From assembly GCA_048013815.1 (NCBI GenBank), contig CM106586.1, forward strand, positions 1,798,001-1,862,000: a DNA stretch of 64,000 nt, read 5' to 3'. A program made the position numbers and the translations under genes. The notes below the pieces were generated by a model. It did no database searches. It was not told the DNA's origin and saw nothing but the letters and a program-made list of their open reading frames with translations. This DNA is from Setoptus koraiensis (taxonomy: Eukaryota > Animalia > Arthropoda). Shown here in pieces: positions 22,025 through 33,245 of this stretch (position 1 is its first letter; each line of letters begins with the position of its first letter).

Positions 22025-25000
22025 TTGAATAATATCTTAATATGATTTTATATTGTTTATAATTAATTTATTTTATTTTATGTTGTGTTATGTTTTCTTT
22101 TTCTTGTTCTTTTTTGTTTCGTACAATTTATCGTTGCAAATAATTTGAAATTTGTGAATATGTGTGTATGTCTATGTGATCGGCTGGTCAATATGGTGGC
22201 ATAATTTTCTGTTTGTTTTCTGTTTGTACCAAAAGAGCCAATAGAGTAGAGATGGCAATCGACAAGCGATGCTTATCTAATCAATAATCTGTCTGTTTTA
22301 TGATGACGGTCCAGCAAGATTGTATCATCATTTGTTTGCGCTACAGCAGTCGTCGACGTATTTGATTGTATGTTAACATCAACTATCTGATCAGTTGCTC
22401 TTTGTCTGGCTGTGTGTTTGTATCGGTTATTAGATAACAGCCAGCCGCTACACGTCTGTATCTTGCGTCAGTGGTTAAAGTTGTTACTGGGTCAACAAGA
22501 TTATCGGGTTGGTTTTACTCAATTCTAGAGCGCTGCTAACTTGAACAGAAAAGAATTTTTCTCTCTCTCTTTCAGTAATATATTTTATCATAGAAATATT
22601 GAAATTGTGTGTGTTGAATGTCTAATACTTTCAAGCGTTGATTGTTGCTCGATACTTTGTATATATAGTGATCTTGTGTGTGTGTCTGAGAAAACTTGAG
22701 CCTGATAGCAACAAGTAATCATTAGCTAATGATAATTACGAGCAATGCAAACAACAGCGTTTATTAGCTAACTAAACAAAACAACAACAACACCAGCATC
22801 AACGACGAGCGCTGCTCTCTCTCTCTCTCTCTCTGCTGCAAAGTGGCTCTTCCGAACACTAATATTCTCTTATATGGAAGTGGCTAGACCTTTAGTACTT
22901 AAATTGAACATGAAAGAAAAAACTAGACAAACATTGAATCGAAACTAGTCAGGTTGAGAAGTCAGTTAGTCATACTTTGCCAACAACACTTGTATACACA
23001 CACACACATACAGTCTGTATGATACAGACAAACTCACAAATGTAAATGTAAACTCACTACCGACAGCTAAACCAGCATTGGAAATATATCTGATGCCCTT
23101 GTGATGACGTAGGAAGTTGTTGTTGTTGTTATACATCTGTTGTTTCTCTTAAATTATTGCAAATAACTTTACAAAACGGTATAGCCATTGTGAGTAGTTT
23201 GTTGTCGGCCGCTCACTAGTGTTATAATGGAGCTGTCTAGCTGTTGGTGTCATCTTATTAGTGAGGACGCTGAAAAAGTAGATCGATTTTCAGTTAGCTT
23301 TGATTTGCGATTGCGCACAAAAAGATGGCCTACAAGATTAAGAGTATAATTAGTTGTGTTAGGCCACATTGATCGCGCGATGATTGTTGTGACCAAAACA
23401 TTATTGCACACAAACAATAGATGGGGCCATCGTAATCTATTGATATATATCACTATTGCTCACTTATTGCTTATGATCTAGATAGGGCTTTCAAACATGT
23501 TGCCTCCAATTAGGTTGTAACTAATTAATCTGAATTTGCGCGGCAAGATAGACGGCAAGATCAAGAGCGTTGTCAATGGAGCGCGTTCAAATAAATCACA
23601 ATCATGAGAGATGCAGAAACATGCCAGGTATGATGCAACTTGTTTTGGTGAGCGTCTTTTCTCGTTGCGATTGTGTTAGCGACTATTTTAGGTATTGTAT
23701 TAATACAATTTCGTTGTTGCGATTGTCGCGATTGTTAGATGGTCGCAAGGATAATAATATATCATAAAAACGAGCGAACAATGTCGTTTTAGATATAGCG
23801 TGCAGCTACGAAATTAAAATTGAACACACCAATGATGACTAGTGAGAATGCCATTCGATCGTATTTTTTTGCCAACAAATAGCAAAAAACAGCCAGAAGG
23901 TATTGATATCAAAGAGTTATTATGAGAGCGATGCATTTGGGATGATCGCACAAAAGAAGAGAGAAAGTGTCTGGCAGAGTTGTGAGCAGGAAGCCAACGG
24001 CATAAAGCTTTTTGGGCGGCCATCTTTGTTGTTGATGGCACCAGAAAGATCAAACGAAATTGATGAGCCGCTAATATATGTTATAAATCACACATCATCG
24101 CATTTATTTGTGTATGCGGATTAGAACATAAATAAATAGCATGTATATGTACAATCAATAGGGCTGGAATGGTGGATACACACAAGTAAATCATCGCTCG
24201 ACTCATCGATTGTTATCGATCAAGCAGAGACGGAAGGATAAATAACAAGCAACAAACAACTGACAACCAAAACATGTTTTCTCTCCCATTTATTGCTCAA
24301 GTGAGAGATTTCTCTCAAAACCAATCTCTTTCTACGTTAATCAAATCTCCATGAGGTTTCACAACTAGACTCGAGCCACTCACCTGTTGCTGCTCACTGC
24401 TGCTGCTGCTATAGCCTCTGTTGTCCTACCTGTTTGCGTGTCGCTTATCTCTTCGTGTCGTGAAATATCGTTGTCCCGGTCGTTCATGCCATAACACACT
24501 CAATCTTGAATTGCAAATTGCAATAAACTCAGACCCGGCAATGTTGCAATGATCGACTGATTGACAGTAATAGCAAATAGTATTCATACTACCATTATAT
24601 AACACTTGATTCACCTGTGCTATGAACAATTAATCAATTCATGATCATGTTAGCTGCATGCGCCTTTTATGCTTGGCAAGTTTAATTCGGGGAAACCATT
24701 TAATGCTTACCATCGCAGATTGTTGCACCGGCACCATGTTTGTTTATTAGATCGTAGGGAGGTTACGAACTTACTTTCTTTTTATTGTGTTTGCGTTTAT
24801 AATCAACGACCAATTAATCGCAGGAATGACTTTTTGTCACCCTGACACCCCAAAGTTTAATCAGGCTGAAACGTCTAATCGATGGTAGACGCAACTGCAC
24901 AAAAACTAGTTGCCAATTCTCTGCGATATTGGACGGCGATTGTGCGAGATTATGCAATTCAAATAAATATATATATATATTTATATAAATGTTAGCCAGT

Positions 25001-25228
25001 TTTGATTTAATATAAATTGATTCTGCGAGCTTATTATCGTACTGCAGTGTTACGCAATATCAAGCTCGCAACAGATTTACCGCATGTTTATTGGCTTCCG
25101 CACAGCAGTAAAGAAAAAAAAAATATACAGGACCAAAACTGATTCTTTCGCAACAATTTCATCTTGAAAAACAAAACAAGCGTGTTTGTTTTTGTTTGTT
25201 TTTTTTTCTCGTTCGATGTGACGTTTCT

Positions 25229-25527
25229 TGCTCGAAGACCTTGAGAGCTTTATTGGAAAAAGAAAACACCAAAAGACAAATCTGATAAACAGAAAGAAAT
25301 AGATTTTCGGGTTGAATAACTGCACGAGAAAACGCCATCCATTGACTTGCTAGTGCTATTACATCATGGCATATTATGACAAAGCTAGTAACACGTATTA
25401 TCGGCTTTTCATGGCTTTATCGCTCAATCTGGCTAAGAACATGTGTGATCAATCTATTGGATGGCATCTGAAGAAAATCGAAACTGCACGACATCTATCT
25501 ACATACTTTTTATCGCCACCTGATAGT
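25229..25527 (+). repeat. Direct repeat unit A (~300 bp)
   Basis: Aligns to 26466-26767 at roughly 80-85% identity (estimated by eye). Confidence 0.88.
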
Positions 25528-26465
25528 TGTTCATAAAACTTAGTGACAACTCGGTTCCTCGAACTAATTGTACAATGAGCTATGGAAAACTTTCTTCCCG
25601 ACGAAATAACTAATCAAACCTATTCTTCAACTAATCAGAGACCATACAACACTCTTAATTCGGCCTGTTCAATTCGTATAATCAACTGACCGATTTATTT
25701 CACTCGAATGTCTACTGCTATGAGAACACGGAGAAAATGGTTGCAATCATGCACCCCGAACTGAGAATAAATGCAAAGGATAACTTGCATCCTCGACAAC
25801 TACTTTCAATGATAATCTTTTAGTGTACTGCCATCCTCCCTTATCATCAAATCGTAACGTTCGTTTGGGTTGGTTTTCTATTTTTCTAATCTTTCACATA
25901 ATTGATAATAAAAGGTGATCAATTCGTCGCCGTCATCAATCTCTCTCTTTAATTCTTGAATCTCTTGCAATGTGAAGGGATTCTGCTCTTTCAACATCAA
26001 ATCTCTCATTTGTGCATATGCTTCTCTTTGGTTCAGTCTGGTCCTCTTGATTAAATCCCTGTTATGTTGAATTCTGGATCGATCTGTTTTATCTCCAACC
26101 TTATAATCTATTTTAGCTCCATTTTCAGACGGAAGACTAAAATCGTAGTCATATTCCAGTCTGCTGCCATTTTTCAGGTACCAATTGATGACTTTGAATT
26201 TTATTCAGAGTTTCAATCGTTTGTAGTATTTCGACGGACTTTTGGAATAATATAAATTAGTATGGTGTCATGTCTTTGAAATATTCTGATGGCGATTAAA
26301 CAGACCACCAAAATATAGTGCAGATATATAATGCATTTGTACCACTCTAGGATCTATTTATAGATGAATTGTCACAAGATCCATAAGCTTCATGGGAAAC
26401 TTGTAGCTTGATAACAGTTCAATTGTCTAGCACAAATGAGGCAAATGTCGCGTGTGTTGGTCGGT

Positions 26466-26767
26466 TGCTCGAAGAGCTTGAGAGTTTTATTTGGAAGTGA
26501 AGACACCCAAAGACAAACCTGATAAACAGAAAAAAATAAATTTTCGGGTTGAATAACTACACGAGAAAATGCCAAAAGAAAAGGCCATCCATTGACTTGT
26601 TAGTGCTATTATATCATGGCATATATTATGACAAAGCTAGTGACACGTAATATCGGCTTTTCATGGCTTTTCTCGCCCAATCTGGTCTACAGCATGTGGG
26701 TTCCATCGAAATAAAATAGAAACTGCTCACCATCTGTCTACATACTCTTTATTGCAACCTGATAGTT
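26466..26767 (+). repeat. Direct repeat unit B (~300 bp)
   Basis: Shares tgctcgaaga, ttttcgggttgaataact, gccatccattgacttg.tagtgctatta, tatcggcttttcatggcttt and cctgatagtt with unit A. Confidence 0.88.
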
Positions 26768-27412
26768 ATCTCTGTTACTAATTACATGGTGATTTTTACA
26801 CATATTTCTGTGACTGGCTGATATCTATGGGCGCTCATCGAGCATTCTAGATTATTCCTAAAAAAAAATCTGTTGATCAATAGCACTACTGTGTGTATAC
26901 TCAATCTAGTCAATCATAAATTATGACGCTGCTCAGTATAAGACAGTGAACATCGATCCTATCTTCGGGTCTGGATCTTGTTTGTTTTTATCGTGCTGAA
27001 CTAGACGGAAGTGAGAATTGATGGTCGAGGAAAGTCGTGAAAATTAATTGTTAGCATAAATAAATTGAAAGAGCAGTTGTTACTGTGTATTCTAGTTACC
27101 TATTGCCTGAAATGGACTGTTGGTCAGAATCATCAGTTAATTATAATCATAAGCGTGAACCCGAATATTTACCTCCAAAAAGCTAGTTGATACTTATTGC
27201 ACGCTCATTGAGTATCACAGTGTCATCATTCTCAAAATCCTAAAATCTAATACTATCATCTAATAACAGGGCCCCAAGAAGTTACTATTACATACCTAAT
27301 CTGACACAAAGAGATAAAACAAAAATCCATACTTAAAGTTTATGTTGAGAAGGCTCCAGCTCCGCCGATTATTCGAAAAGAATGTCAGTTTCACAAATAC
27401 ACTCAATTAGTA

Positions 27413-30037
27413 CTAACCAATTTTTTTACGCGTAGCTCTTGCACTGTTGTATTGCACCAATGGTGGCCCGGTGATGAATTTTTTCGTCACATAATGATCT
27501 ATAATGGCAACTAATGGGCACTCTATGGTCAAATGAACCACTAGCGCGACCAAATAGGAAACAACTACCAAAGTTATAAGATAAATGTAGGCATTTGTCC
27601 ACGAGAAATGGATCGCTCTATGTTGACGCGACAATAAGGTACGATTGATTTCATTGTGTATCAATATCAAGCACAGATTCAGTTTGACCAAATAATTCCA
27701 GCCAGTCCACCTAAGTATCTTGTGTAAACTTTCTGGACCTCTGACTTTCAATAGATGATACATAAGAATAAACCAGCTGACTTCGTTCATAAATGTCCAC
27801 AGTGGCTTGAAAACAGCTCTGGAGAGCTCCTCACCAAGTGTAGTATATGCTAGTTTTTTGATACAATGTGGTGTTGCCTCGACAAATGTCATCATGACAA
27901 CAAACACCATTGAGTAGAGCAAATTGCGCGCTGTTGTCAATCTTCTGATTTCAGTTCTTTCGATATCCGCGCCCTGTTGATTTGCCTCGTCGCATTTCCG
28001 GTTTCTTCTTTTCTTTTCATAATCTACAATTATGAAGGCCAATACAACTCCCATATAGAAGCTGCCAAATCTGTAGATTGGATTTACGTAGGATGCACTA
28101 GTTCGAGCCATATATGCTCTGACAGCTATGCTGGATCCGTCGAGCATTAAATGGCCAAAATTAAATGATCTATTCCTATAGAAACTCAACGAAGACAATA
28201 GAGACGATATTATCACCAATGATAAACCTAACAGTAGTGCCCAAGACCGCCTAGTTTTTTTCATAAATGTCACCAAAATAGGTATGGTGAGCGTAATCTG
28301 AAAATCGTTGGCCAAATGCCAACCAGTGATGAGACAATGTGCAAATGGAGTGATAAAATTTGCTAGTAACAACCAGGGTATAAACCAGGATTCTTTGGAA
28401 CATTGGCGCCGTTCGCTGTTCTCAGACATGCCGTAATCCCAGAAGGGTCCTGAGCCTAGTAGCGGGCCAAACTTTTTAACAAACGTATACACCACCAGAT
28501 AGAGTGGCAATAAACGAATGTATCGGCTCGCAATGACTTTCCAAGTGATAATTGGTTTGTTAGAGGCAAATAGTTTGTATGACATTAAAAAGCCGGCTAT
28601 GATGAAAAAGATCGATACCATGTTTACACCGTGACGTAAGATGGCTGTGTTGAAACTGTCGCCCATTTGAACGTGCTCACGATTATTGTCCAATATGCCA
28701 CGATAATAAATAAGGCCATGCGAAGAAACTAGCCAGATACCGCTGATCACTTTGACTACGTCTAATACATAAAAAGCTACTAAACTGTCTTGTTCTTTGC
28801 AGGCAATTCCTTCCGGTATGGCTGGCCTAGCCAGATAGCTAGACGGCGTAGTGAATCTCTCGAAATGGTTGCATAACGACCAATTCTTTATCCAATCGAA
28901 GCCTTTCTCTCTATTGACTTGCCTATTTTCCAGAGTTGATTTGCCAGTAGACAAATCAACTCCCCTATCGTTGCTTTGATCAATATTCATGGTGGTCAAG
29001 GCAATGTTAATGTCTTGCTTGCTAGTGACAGTGACAGCATCATTGTCCCGTCGCCAAAATATTGTTGAATAAATTACGGCCGCCAGCCAGACTGTTGTCA
29101 ATATCAAAATAACTTTACTACTTATGTCCAATTGTCTCAATGGTGACTCTTCATCTGGCAAACAATAGATATCTGTCAAATTGTAGTCCAATTTAAAAGG
29201 ACTTATCAGATTGTGATTGGCCAATGTTTGCGCAATTGCTTTCAATTGAGGCACCTCATTCATCATTCTTGTGTCACATGATCTCGGCAAACATAGTCCC
29301 ACTCTAATAAAATAATTCATGTTTTGTGTCTCTTTCGCAGGTTGTCGCTGAGACCAATTGACGCTTTTCATGGCGCCCAGACAATATCGCATTTGCGTGG
29401 ATGTTCTAAATAGGAATTGTCTGTTTTCATCATCGACACACATTGCATAAGATCCAGTCCAATGTATGTTACCTTCAAGAATATTATCAGGGACATGACC
29501 ATTGACTTGAGAGATCGTTACTGTTGTACTATTTGAGGTTTTGGCTTCCATTGAACTTTTACCATCTTGCGTTCTCAGTGTATCTTCGAGTAACTGTTGC
29601 AATTGCTTCAGACATAAAGTTTGATTCATGTAGGGTAAACCCGATTTCGCTAGGTCCTCTCGAGATTCGTAGCCCCATGTCGAATAAGTACAAGTAGGCA
29701 CTGTTAAAACGGTACTTTTAACATTGACAAGATAAACTTCGTCGTCATTGTTACTGTTGTAATACCTGTCTCGTTCATCGCTCTTTCCTAATAAATAACT
29801 CACAACAGCATTGTCTTCAATCGACTTGTTCAATCTTGTATCATGACAGTACTCATCTATTGGCCAAATGTCACCTAGAAGTATAGGCAACAATGATGAT
29901 GACAGGTTTTTATAAAATGGTTGTGCTGTTTCATTGTTTGAATCTGACACTTTCGAAACACTGCCGATTGTTGTTGCCGCTGGTAGTACCAATGAAATGA
30001 CACCAATAGTAATGATGAGATTGTATATAGCGCTCAT
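27413..30037 (-). CDS. NRF-6 (nose resistant to fluoxetine 6)-like membrane O-acyltransferase, intronless, 874 aa
   Basis: Signal peptide; NRF domain (GNIHWTGSYAMC, RYCLG, GLCLPRSC). Acyltransferase-3 region: LDVVKVISGIWLVSSHG, VSIFFIIAGFL, SRYIRLLPLY, WHLANDFQ, YVNPIYRFGSFYMG and HLTIECP. Many TM segments. Confidence 0.92.
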   Translation of the reverse strand: MSAIYNLIITIGVISLVLPAATTIGSVSKVSDSNNETAQPFYKNLSSSLLPILLGDIWPIDEYCHDTRLNKSIEDNAVVSYLLGKSDERDRYYNSNNDDEVYLVNVKSTVLTVPTCTYSTWGYESREDLAKSGLPYMNQTLCLKQLQQLLEDTLRTQDGKSSMEAKTSNSTTVTISQVNGHVPDNILEGNIHWTGSYAMCVDDENRQFLFRTSTQMRYCLGAMKSVNWSQRQPAKETQNMNYFIRVGLCLPRSCDTRMMNEVPQLKAIAQTLANHNLISPFKLDYNLTDIYCLPDEESPLRQLDISSKVILILTTVWLAAVIYSTIFWRRDNDAVTVTSKQDINIALTTMNIDQSNDRGVDLSTGKSTLENRQVNREKGFDWIKNWSLCNHFERFTTPSSYLARPAIPEGIACKEQDSLVAFYVLDVVKVISGIWLVSSHGLIYYRGILDNNREHVQMGDSFNTAILRHGVNMVSIFFIIAGFLMSYKLFASNKPIITWKVIASRYIRLLPLYLVVYTFVKKFGPLLGSGPFWDYGMSENSERRQCSKESWFIPWLLLANFITPFAHCLITGWHLANDFQITLTIPILVTFMKKTRRSWALLLGLSLVIISSLLSSLSFYRNRSFNFGHLMLDGSSIAVRAYMARTSASYVNPIYRFGSFYMGVVLAFIIVDYEKKRRNRKCDEANQQGADIERTEIRRLTTARNLLYSMVFVVMMTFVEATPHCIKKLAYTTLGEELSRAVFKPLWTFMNEVSWFILMYHLLKVRGPESLHKILRWTGWNYLVKLNLCLILIHNEINRTLLSRQHRAIHFSWTNAYIYLITLVVVSYLVALVVHLTIECPLVAIIDHYVTKKFITGPPLVQYNSARATRKKIG

Positions 30038-30914
30038 TTGAATATTATAACCAGGCGTCTATTGTGACTATATAGAAACACAATTAGTTTTGATAACAAA
30101 ATGAAGCATTATGACTAAGAGATATTTCGACCTACAGGTAAATTAGGCTGAAAAAAAGCAAAGAATTTGTTCGAAAGTATCAAAAATATTGGTTAGTTCT
30201 ATCGCAACTTGAGTATCTAATCATCACCACATTGAGTTGAGTCGTATGTATATCAACACTTCGCAAGTTCATAATTCAACCGTTTTTCTGGCATCTAACA
30301 TGTTATTTTGCGAACGACAACATAAACTCAGTTTGCTTACTATAATAATTGTTACTTTGAACTTACTGTCGATAGCTCGTCTAGTCTGCAAGTGTGAGTT
30401 ACGTAAATATATCACCTCGCTAATGACTAATCATAGACACTTGATTGATATTGAACTCTCTTTTTCTTGTCAGTTTTGTCGCACTTAAATGTTAGACATG
30501 CAACGCGAAAGTTTAACTCGCAAAGATGTGGCTCGCACGGTGATCTCTTTAGTGAGTAGGTGTCCGCGTGTCGTTAATGCTATTTGAATTCTCAAACATA
30601 CCAGAAAAGTTAACGAGATGTGAAAAACGGCTACGCGAGACTTAGCGACAGAGATAAACAAGACAAATACGAGTGCCGATGATGAACTCAAAAATTATCC
30701 TGTTGTTGGTGGGGAAAATGGCTGCACTTTGCAAGCCATAAGTAAACATGTGTGTGTGTAAAAGATCATCGCGGAGAGGTAGCCATAATAATGATGGTAA
30801 TAGTAGCTATTGGTGAATGTATAACAGTTGAGTATCATATTTCAGCTTTAATATTGCAACGTTACACAACATTTGCTAGTATGACTTAGAATGGCGTTTA
30901 ACTTTTGGGAAACT

Positions 30915-31310
30915 TCAGAGTTGTTGCCTTAACTGAGCCTTGCCACGTCGGGAATTATCTGACAAAAACGGAATTGAAATCTCGGAGGGCTTGCGAGTCC
31001 TGGCATTCTCTAACTTATCTGCACGACACGCAAATACAGACATGGTCGGTGTCCTAGAGGAAATGTGGCCATTGTTGCTATATGTTGGATATAATAGGGG
31101 ATAGACAGGAAAAAAGATAGTTAATGGCTGATCAATTGTAAACTTAGATTTCATTGCTATAATGAGAGTGTGGCGCCAGCATGAAGCTTGATTACCAATG
31201 ATTGGTACCAAGAGATTAATGGGGCCTTTATTATTTAATTTTCCCTGACCACGATTAGGACACTTGCTCTGGATAAAAGCTCGTCCTTGCCCAGTGTAAG
31301 TAGGGGACAT
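30915..31310 (-). CDS. Hypothetical ORF, 131 aa from first ATG
   Basis: 148-codon open frame with non-repetitive composition between two minus-strand genes. No recognisable motif; it could be spurious. Confidence 0.25.
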   Translation of the reverse strand: MSPTYTGQGRAFIQSKCPNRGQGKLNNKGPINLLVPIIGNQASCWRHTLIIAMKSKFTIDQPLTIFFPVYPLLYPTYSNNGHISSRTPTMSVFACRADKLENARTRKPSEISIPFLSDNSRRGKAQLRQQL

Positions 31311-31697
31311 TATTCTCACTGTTTTCCATCTTCCATTTCGTTTGTACTCACCTGGCCGCAAACAGTTACTCTACATTTTTGATTCTAAGAGTGAAGCGTG
31401 GACTCCACAAGCACCTTCAACTAACAAGGCCGATGGATGGACACAACAAATAAGATACAACAATATATTTTTATCCTAATAATTTATTACATATTCTAAG
31501 ACAACATGGCGCCCACATGTGAAAAGTGGAAATGATGAATACATTTAGCAAAGATTCTTGCACGCGGCAGCCAGAAATGCACATGCTGCATTCCTGAGTG
31601 GCTTGGCGCGTACTTCAAACACAGTAATTTTGAATTTCTAATTTTCAACAACTAGCAAAACATTCAGCATCGCCACCTAAGCCTTCATAGGTGACTA

Positions 31698-33245
31698 TTA
31701 TTTCTCATCTAACTTATTTTCTGCTGTTATTGCTTTATCCAAGTTATTTTCTGCTGTTATTGCTTTATCCAAGTTATTTTCTATTGATATTTCTTCATCC
31801 CTTTTGTCACACTGCTTCATCCATCTCTTTATGGCGTCAGCACAGTCTGTCGCGTTACCCATATGAATGTGATGAGTACCGCTTATTATCTCCTCTTTGA
31901 ACGATGCAGTCACCTCCTTGTATGTTGCATAGAAGCTTGCCAAATCACCTAACTGCTGATGGTCAACCATCGCTGCTCTGAGAATCAGTAAGTGACACCT
32001 GAGATTTCTGTAGACGGTTAGAAAATGGCTTTCAGTTGGATATTCCAAGAATAAGGATCTGAACCTTACATCTCTGTTGAACACGTAAACTGGATTTTCT
32101 TCTGTACCTTTCTTCGAGGCGCCTCTCTTGATCATTATTTTTGCATCGTCATGTGATAATGATTTCATGTGACCCTCTACTATTCTTTTAACTGCGTCAT
32201 CATAGGTGTAGGTGTTTTTATCCGGGGAACGATTGACATTTTCATCGATAAATAATCTTGCTTTACCTTGCCAAGACTCGGGCTTTAGTACAGGGGGCAT
32301 AATATTATCTATTGATATGATCCTTTCAACCTCGTTGGTGTAAATGGATGCATAGGTGAAAGATGTTATAGATCCGAGCGAATGTCCCAAAAGTATGTAT
32401 TTTTCCCATGAAAAGTATTTCACGATCCGTCGAAGAGTGATCAAGAGTAACGCTCTATCATAATGCATACCATCCGGTACATGAGATGAAAGGCCCACAC
32501 CAATATCATCGTAGGCCACTATGTAATAGTCTTCAGTGTCGATAAGCAGGGGTATCAGTTTGTCAAACGAGCCTGAATTGTCTAGCCATCCGTGTAAAGC
32601 TATTATTTTAGTTTTTGCATTTGGATTCCCCCAAGCTTGAGCAGCAACATGACCAAAAGGCACTGGTATTTTGATTTGCGTTGGAGTGATATCTATGGTG
32701 GCGACAGTCCCATTTTGATGAAAGCCGTTCACGGCTTTACTGTCGTTATCCTTGCTTTGTGATAAGCTAGAATCAGAGGCCATATCTTGATCTGTTTCAG
32801 ATAATGTTTTGATTTTCTCAGCCTCACTACAATTACCTATCTGTCTATGTGAATCCTGAGTGCAATCGACTTGATGGCTCCGATACACTATCCTATCTGA
32901 CAGAAATGTTGCCGAGACTTGATTAAATAATCTGTTCTGGTGATTGTATGTGTCACGGAGTCTTGTTATTACAGGTGCGCCTGAATAAAAGCGCCCACAT
33001 CTGAGGTAATGATATCTTAGCTGTGGAGTAAATTGATGTACATGTCCATTTATTTGCGTGAGATCCTTTAGAGTGCTCGAAATCGCACGATCAGAGCCAC
33101 AGTTTTTGAATATATTCTTAGTGATACTATAGTGATGAAAGCTCAGATGTAATGAAAAAGGAAATACCAAGACAATTGATACTAATCTGTGTGGTGGTTT
33201 CAGGCCTAAGACGCAACTATTATAGGTGAGGCTTGATATGGCCAT
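31698..33245 (-). CDS. Serine hydrolase-like alpha/beta hydrolase (SERHL/kraken family), intronless
   Basis: IPVPFGHVAAQAWG, ALHGWLDNSGSFD, GVGLSSH, LLGHSLG nucleophile elbow, ISID and GTHHIHM catalytic His. Start could be 33245 or the downstream ATG at 32783. Confidence 0.9.
   Translation of the reverse strand: MAISSLTYNSCVLGLKPPHRLVSIVLVFPFSLHLSFHHYSITKNIFKNCGSDRAISSTLKDLTQINGHVHQFTPQLRYHYLRCGRFYSGAPVITRLRDTYNHQNRLFNQVSATFLSDRIVYRSHQVDCTQDSHRQIGNCSEAEKIKTLSETDQDMASDSSLSQSKDNDSKAVNGFHQNGTVATIDITPTQIKIPVPFGHVAAQAWGNPNAKTKIIALHGWLDNSGSFDKLIPLLIDTEDYYIVAYDDIGVGLSSHVPDGMHYDRALLLITLRRIVKYFSWEKYILLGHSLGSITSFTYASIYTNEVERIISIDNIMPPVLKPESWQGKARLFIDENVNRSPDKNTYTYDDAVKRIVEGHMKSLSHDDAKIMIKRGASKKGTEENPVYVFNRDVRFRSLFLEYPTESHFLTVYRNLRCHLLILRAAMVDHQQLGDLASFYATYKEVTASFKEEIISGTHHIHMGNATDCADAIKRWMKQCDKRDEEISIENNLDKAITAENNLDKAITAENKLDEK
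31714..31782. repeat. 30-bp tandem repeat (2.3 copies) encoding ENNLDKAITA at the hydrolase C-terminus
   Basis: ttattttctgctgttattgctttatccaag repeated perfectly twice plus a partial copy. Confidence 0.95.

Noticed and set aside
1-33245. Apparent cluster of lipid-metabolism genes (SPL, lipase, acyltransferase, hydrolase) around a lipidated Wnt
   Set aside because: They belong to unrelated pathways, the acyltransferase is NRF-6 type rather than Porcupine, and such proximity is expected in a dense genome.
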